The position numbers and the translations under genes are program-made. Below are positions 60,070 to 64,000 of a DNA stretch of 64,000 nt, in pieces (position 1 is the first letter of the stretch; each line of letters starts with the position of its first letter). The DNA comes from a virus (Duplodnaviria > Caudoviricetes). Where the stretch lies: the IMG/VR virus record IMGVR_UViG_3300030376_003877, positions 19,486 to 83,485 of that record, one strand, 5' to 3'. The notes under the pieces are model-generated. The model had not been told where the DNA came from and did no database searches. It was given only the letters and a program-made list of their open reading frames with translations.

Positions 60070-60098
60070 ACTATAGAGGAAGTTTAGAGGTTACTAAT
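60070..60098 (-). promoter_or_regulatory. early element copy 6
   Basis: ATTAGTAACCTCTAAACTTCCTCTATAGT directly followed by ATG. Confidence 0.75.
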
Positions 60099-60108
60099 AA
60101 TAATTAAA

Positions 60109-60294
60109 TCACATTCCGTTCATATACTCATGAAGTTCAGCATAATACTGTTCTTCAGTCTCAAATGTGCGACCATAAATCACACATGGAAAAGTTTTCT
60201 TTTGAAACATTGTTGACGCAACTTGTACGTCCTGTTTATCATAACCCATTTCAATCAGGGTGTTCACGTAAGGGTTGTTTGTAGTGTTATTCAT
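60109..60294 (-). CDS. hypothetical early protein
   Basis: NPYVNTLIEMGYD...GRTFETEEQY. Confidence 0.7.
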   Translation of the reverse strand: MNNTTNNPYVNTLIEMGYDKQDVQVASTMFQKKTFPCVIYGRTFETEEQYYAELHEYMNGM

Positions 60295-60323
60295 ACTATA
60301 GGGGAACTTTAGAGGTTACTAAC
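60295..60323 (-). promoter_or_regulatory. early element copy 7
   Basis: Identical to copy 4. Confidence 0.8.
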
Positions 60324-60332
60324 AATAATACC

Positions 60333-60596
60333 TTAGAATCCTCTCGTTGATAGTTCATTATCAACAACTGTTAAGATTCTATCAACAATGTATTCATGAT
60401 CACTAGAGTTAATCTCTGTTAGGACCATCTTTGCTTCATTAGGAGCAAGTATTACCTCTTTTTGACTGTTATCATCCTCAGTCAATAAATCATCATTCGT
60501 TATCACCCATGCAGCACAAGGTCCAGTATCACCGTGCTTACGGATTAGTGCCTTTACATGATTATCAAGTTCACGTAGTGTTCTGCACTTTTTCAT
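60333..60596 (-). CDS. hypothetical early protein (CAAW family)
   Basis: TLRELDNHVKALI...CAAWVIT. Confidence 0.65.
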   Translation of the reverse strand: MKKCRTLRELDNHVKALIRKHGDTGPCAAWVITNDDLLTEDDNSQKEVILAPNEAKMVLTEINSSDHEYIVDRILTVVDNELSTRGF

Positions 60597-60817
60597 TTCT
60601 TTCTCCGTTTCTTGTGTTTATCTATAAAGTTTATTGCTGATTGTCTGTTTCTACACACCTTAAGTATGTTTGCTTGATGAACAACAGCGAGTTTAGTTGT
60701 GCTTCCTGCTATTGGAACAGCAGCATACATCATAGGATCATCATACTTACCGACGATGAATCCTTCCTCATAAGGTTTAGCATTAAGCAGACTTGTTCTG
60801 GTATATGTTATCTTCAT
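60593..60817 (-). CDS. hypothetical early protein
   Basis: 74-aa basic ORF coupled by ATGA overlaps. Confidence 0.65.
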   Translation of the reverse strand: MKITYTRTSLLNAKPYEEGFIVGKYDDPMMYAAVPIAGSTTKLAVVHQANILKVCRNRQSAINFIDKHKKRRKK

Positions 60818-61995
60818 CTACGCACCACACTATCAAGAACTTCACCCTTTTCAAAAACGATGTCTACAACCCTCTGCAATGCTTTCTCGGTGGATATACC
60901 CACATTGCTGTAAACAGGCACACAGAGCATTCCAAAGGTCTTAGAATCGCTTCCACAACGTATCACACGACCCACAGTCTGAGTCATCTCAATCACATCC
61001 ATATTGCGAAGGAAAATAACTGCTTCCAACTCACTAACGTTAATACCTTCAGACAGAATAGAGCGATGAAGTACAACAAACTTCTTGTTAGTATCTTTGC
61101 CCCAAGCATTAAGAATCTCGAAGAATTTCTCGCGAGAGACTTTCTTACCGTCAACAATCGCACCAGTCTTGGATGTGATATAGAGGTAAGAGTATCCACG
61201 CTCTTTAAGGTCATCAGCAAAATCTGTCTGAAACAGATTGATGAGTTGTCTGGTAGTCTTGACACAAACAAGAATCTTTTTGATACTGATTTGATCAATA
61301 GTTTCTATCACATTGTTGCTTTCAATGTGTGGAGTCAGACTTTTTTTATCGTGCTTACCCATCTGAATCACTTTGACTTTAGGCGGCAAGATAAACCCAC
61401 CCTGAACAAGATTAGGTGCAGAAACTTTAGCAATGATGTCCCCATAGATCTCTCTATCGTTCATTCCTGGTTTCTTGATAGTTACCGAAGTCTTGCGTGT
61501 TGCTGTGAAATAGTAGCAACGATCAGCACGACGAGAGAAATACTTTACAGACTCATGAAAGTTACGTTGAACACTATTATGTGCTTCATCAAAGTAAATC
61601 GTATCAACATCAATGTTTGCGTCTACAATACGATGCAAAGAGTGATATGTGGTGAAGATGATAACATGCTCACGCACTGTCTGACACATATCAACAAACA
61701 GTTTGATGCGATTAGTCTTTGTAGTTCTGAAATGCTTAGTCTCTCCACTATGAACATGCAGCACGTTAGCATTAGTTACTTGCTCAAGAAAATCATTGGA
61801 GAGTTGCTCAACCAACAAAATGCGAGGACACACAACAACAATGGTGCGAGGACTAGAGACTTCAAATCTCTTTACCGCATCCATGATTGCAACCAATGTC
61901 TTACCGCCACCGGTAGGAAAGATACATTGACCAATAGAGTTATTTTGTAGTGCGTTGAGTGCTTCTTGCTGATGAGGGCGAAGACTTACGATCAT
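60814..61995 (-). CDS. SF2 DEAH helicase (ResIII/DEAD-like, no evident nuclease domain), copy A
   Basis: RPHQ Q-motif, PTGGGKT, DEAH, TAT, SEGIN, QTVGRVIR. Confidence 0.9.
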   Translation of the reverse strand: MIVSLRPHQQEALNALQNNSIGQCIFPTGGGKTLVAIMDAVKRFEVSSPRTIVVVCPRILLVEQLSNDFLEQVTNANVLHVHSGETKHFRTTKTNRIKLFVDMCQTVREHVIIFTTYHSLHRIVDANIDVDTIYFDEAHNSVQRNFHESVKYFSRRADRCYYFTATRKTSVTIKKPGMNDREIYGDIIAKVSAPNLVQGGFILPPKVKVIQMGKHDKKSLTPHIESNNVIETIDQISIKKILVCVKTTRQLINLFQTDFADDLKERGYSYLYITSKTGAIVDGKKVSREKFFEILNAWGKDTNKKFVVLHRSILSEGINVSELEAVIFLRNMDVIEMTQTVGRVIRCGSDSKTFGMLCVPVYSNVGISTEKALQRVVDIVFEKGEVLDSVVRR

Positions 61996-62010
61996 TAAGT
62001 TCGTTGCTGT

Positions 62011-62039
62011 ATTATAAGGGAGTTTTAAAGGTTACTAAC
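62011..62039 (-). promoter_or_regulatory. early element copy 8 (with TATAAT)
   Basis: GTTAGTAACCTTTAAAACTCCCTTATAAT, 15 nt before the helicase ATG. Confidence 0.8.
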
Positions 62040-62041
62040 AA

Positions 62042-62893
62042 TTATATGAAATGATTCTTGGTCTTGTATAACAATATCTCTCTTGCTTTCTTTGCTTCAT
62101 ATCCTGCTTCTGTTTTCTTTCTACGTCCCGCAGTGTATGTTATATCAAAGTAATGGACATTCATTGACCTTGATTGATTATTAAACCAGTCATCATCAGC
62201 ACGGTTAGCAACAAAAACTAAATTTTGCATATCGGCAAAGTCAAGAAGGTCTGATAGTGCATCATCACCAAATCCATTGCCATAATCAGCAAAACTATCA
62301 CGATAGGGAGGATCAAAGAAGAAAAATCCATTCGGATCATTATTCACTGAATCTTTCCAATCTCCTGTCTTGATAGTTACATTTTGAAGTGCATTGTGCC
62401 ACCAGTTCAATACACCACGATCATAAACTTTATCCTTCTGGTTCAACAATCCAGCAGGAGTTCCATACCTTCCGTTGGTATTTTTGTTCAGTTGGTAGAT
62501 ACCATTGAACCCAGTCTTCATAAGGAAATATAATGTTGCTGCCTCAAATGTCTTGTTCCATTCTTTATACTCCCAACCGTGAAGATGTCTGATGTCAAAG
62601 TAAAACTTCTTACGATCATCTTTGCTCAGTGGTAGATACTGAGATTCAAGACTATCCAGACGTTGTTGAAACTCTGTCAGGTTAGTCTTGATTGCGTTGT
62701 AGATATTCACGACATCGGAGTTGATGTCATTGATCACCACATTCTTTGGTTGGTAGGTGTTCATCACATAGACAAACATAGCACCACCACCAAAGAATGG
62801 TTCGTAGTAAGTTTCAAAGGAAGATGGCATAAAAGGTGCATAATGCTTCAGCACCTTTGTCTTACCACCTGCCCAAATAAACAGTGGTTTCAT
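62042..62893 (-). CDS. Dam-family (alpha/D12 class) N6-adenine DNA methyltransferase, probably not GATC-specific
   Basis: WAGGK, YEPFFGGG (motif I), INDIN, FDPPY (motif IV); ATGA overlap with the upstream nuclease gene. Confidence 0.92.
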   Translation of the reverse strand: MKPLFIWAGGKTKVLKHYAPFMPSSFETYYEPFFGGGAMFVYVMNTYQPKNVVINDINSDVVNIYNAIKTNLTEFQQRLDSLESQYLPLSKDDRKKFYFDIRHLHGWEYKEWNKTFEAATLYFLMKTGFNGIYQLNKNTNGRYGTPAGLLNQKDKVYDRGVLNWWHNALQNVTIKTGDWKDSVNNDPNGFFFFDPPYRDSFADYGNGFGDDALSDLLDFADMQNLVFVANRADDDWFNNQSRSMNVHYFDITYTAGRRKKTEAGYEAKKAREILLYKTKNHFI

Positions 62894-63435
62894 TCAAACA
62901 CAGTCAGAGATTCAACTCTCTCAGTGATAACTTTAATCATCATAGCACTAAGAAACTCCTTTGTAAAGCAATCAGTGCTCATAAATGCACTGTTGCCACC
63001 AGGATTGTACTGGTCAAATCCTTCAAGGTGAGCAATGTTCAGTGCCTTACCTATCACACCACCAGAATATGCTCCCTCTCCAGTGCAGAAAGTTACATAA
63101 GAAACATCTGGATTGATAGCACGACAGACAAAGTTATTCTTGAACCAGCGTTCAATAGCATTGCCTCTATTCTGCTGTTTCTTACCCTCAAAGACGGCAA
63201 TCAGCACACCATTGTAGAACCAAGCGCCACCATCTGGTTCACAAGCACCAACATTACCAGGAATCTGGTCCTTTGTAAGTTTCTTTTGAATGGTAAGTTG
63301 AGGATACCTTGCTTGCAACCGGGTGAAAATCTCATCCTTAATGTGCTTACATTGTTCATCAAGTTTGCGTGCTCTGGCATCAGTGGCAACAGTGCCCTTT
63401 TGAATACCACCATTGAATCTTTTTGCGGTTTTCAT
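62890..63435 (-). CDS. EcoRI/MunI-family type II restriction endonuclease
   Basis: PDGG...EGKKQ (PD-(D/E)xK) followed by RGNAIERWFKN and YVTF.TG, matching EcoRI PDGG...EAKHQ...GNAIERSHKN...YVLF.EG. Confidence 0.8.
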   Translation of the reverse strand: MKTAKRFNGGIQKGTVATDARARKLDEQCKHIKDEIFTRLQARYPQLTIQKKLTKDQIPGNVGACEPDGGAWFYNGVLIAVFEGKKQQNRGNAIERWFKNNFVCRAINPDVSYVTFCTGEGAYSGGVIGKALNIAHLEGFDQYNPGGNSAFMSTDCFTKEFLSAMMIKVITERVESLTVFE

Positions 63436-63437
63436 GA

Positions 63438-63620
63438 TCAGTAAGAATAGGTGGAGAGATTGCGAGCAGGGACATGATAACCATTCTTAGGGTTGTTCAC
63501 ATCAAAGACCCATACTAATTCATCATCGGATGCTTTGTAAACATCCATACAAAACATTGGGACCAGTTTGACCATGAGAGCACCCCAGTGGTACTCGGTT
63601 TCAAAATCGAAGGTTGTCAT
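63438..63620 (-). CDS. small hypothetical protein, first gene of the REase-MTase operon
   Basis: 60-aa ORF ending 2 nt before the REase ATG; promoter upstream. Confidence 0.65.
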   Translation of the reverse strand: MTTFDFETEYHWGALMVKLVPMFCMDVYKASDDELVWVFDVNNPKNGYHVPARNLSTYSY

Positions 63621-63648
63621 GGGTTGATTCGGTTCCTTTGACTCTTTA

Positions 63649-63706
63649 ATAATACACGGAAACCACCCCCTGTGGGGGAATGGTGGACACTTTGACCAAC
63701 TGGCAC
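63649..63706 (-). promoter_or_regulatory. early promoter of a second class: GTGCCAGTT-N4-AAAGTGTCCAC dyad, CCCCC-ACA-GGGG hairpin, TATTAT -10
   Basis: Minus strand GTGCCAGTTGGTCAAAGTGTCCACCATTCCCCCACAGGGGGTGGTTTCCGTGTATTAT. Confidence 0.7.
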
Positions 63707-63707
63707 A

Positions 63708-64000
63708 CTACCGGCGGATCTCACTGATTGCTGGCATACCCTGGTTGAATACAACATCAACAACTGCTTGCACTTTCTTGGCGGTGCTGATACCAACTCG
63801 GTCATAGGTTGGAATACAAACAAGACCAAACGTCTTCTCAGTGCTACCCAAACGAATCACACGACCAATCGACTGACTGATACCAATGTAGTCCATGTTA
63901 CGCATGAAGATGACTGCCTCAAGTCCACTCACGTTGATACCCTCAGACAGAATAGAGTGGTGAAGAACAACAAACTTTTTGGTCTTGTCCTTGCCCCAAG
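63708..64000 (-). CDS. SF2 helicase copy B, C-terminal fragment (gene starts beyond the window)
   Basis: Open to the window edge: WGKDKTKKFVVLHHSILSEGINVSGLEAVIFMRNMD...QSIGRVIR..., clearly homologous to copy A. Confidence 0.85.
   Translation of the reverse strand, partial: WGKDKTKKFVVLHHSILSEGINVSGLEAVIFMRNMDYIGISQSIGRVIRLGSTEKTFGLVCIPTYDRVGISTAKKVQAVVDVVFNQGMPAISEIRR

Noticed and set aside
56526-60304. ACTATAG(A/G)GG on the plus strand resembles the T7 promoter initiation region
   Set aside because: The T7-type upstream recognition region is not conserved across copies, the orientation is antisense to genes, and no single-subunit RNAP is seen; better read as a minus-strand -10
60793-61950. 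385-aa plus-strand ORF antisense to helicase A
   Set aside because: It is in codon register with the helicase, so it is open simply because TTA/CTA/TCA codons are avoided; no recognisable motifs
62042-62893. Calling the MTase dam (GATC)
   Set aside because: The residues at the Dam base-reading positions are substituted and it is coupled to an EcoRI-family nuclease
62884-63444. 186-aa plus-strand ORF antisense to the endonuclease
   Set aside because: In-register shadow; the minus-strand ORF has the catalytic motifs and translational coupling
1-64000. tRNA, rRNA, introns, inteins, photosynthesis or other AMG genes
   Set aside because: None recognised by eye; core genes (g17, g20, g23, uvsW, g46) have normal uninterrupted lengths

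Overview
64 kb of a T4-like cyanomyovirus (marine Synechococcus/Prochlorococcus-type) genome; essentially all genes are on the minus strand. Read in transcription order (right to left): (i) an early region (~55.0-64 kb) of small ORFs, with a 29-bp promoter-like element repeated 8 times, a ligase-fold protein, a HicA-like protein, two paralogous SF2 helicases and, between them, a translationally coupled EcoRI-family endonuclease plus Dam-family methyltransferase; (ii) a non-coding hub (~54.9-55.8 kb) with divergent sigma70 promoters, 34-bp tandem repeats, cyanobacterial-type DnaA boxes and an AT-rich tract; (iii) the conserved virion module g25-g6-g7-g8-VrlC-like-g13-g14-g15-g16-[fibre island]-g17-g18-g19-g20-g21-g22-g23-g3; (iv) uvsY-uvsW-g55-g47-g46. 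Top candidates for new biology are a phage-encoded type II restriction-modification pair with predicted AATT-core specificity (AATT appears scarce in the early region) and a putative DnaA-box/iteron origin-like locus. All family assignments are from motif recognition by eye and all counts are manual; no searches were run.
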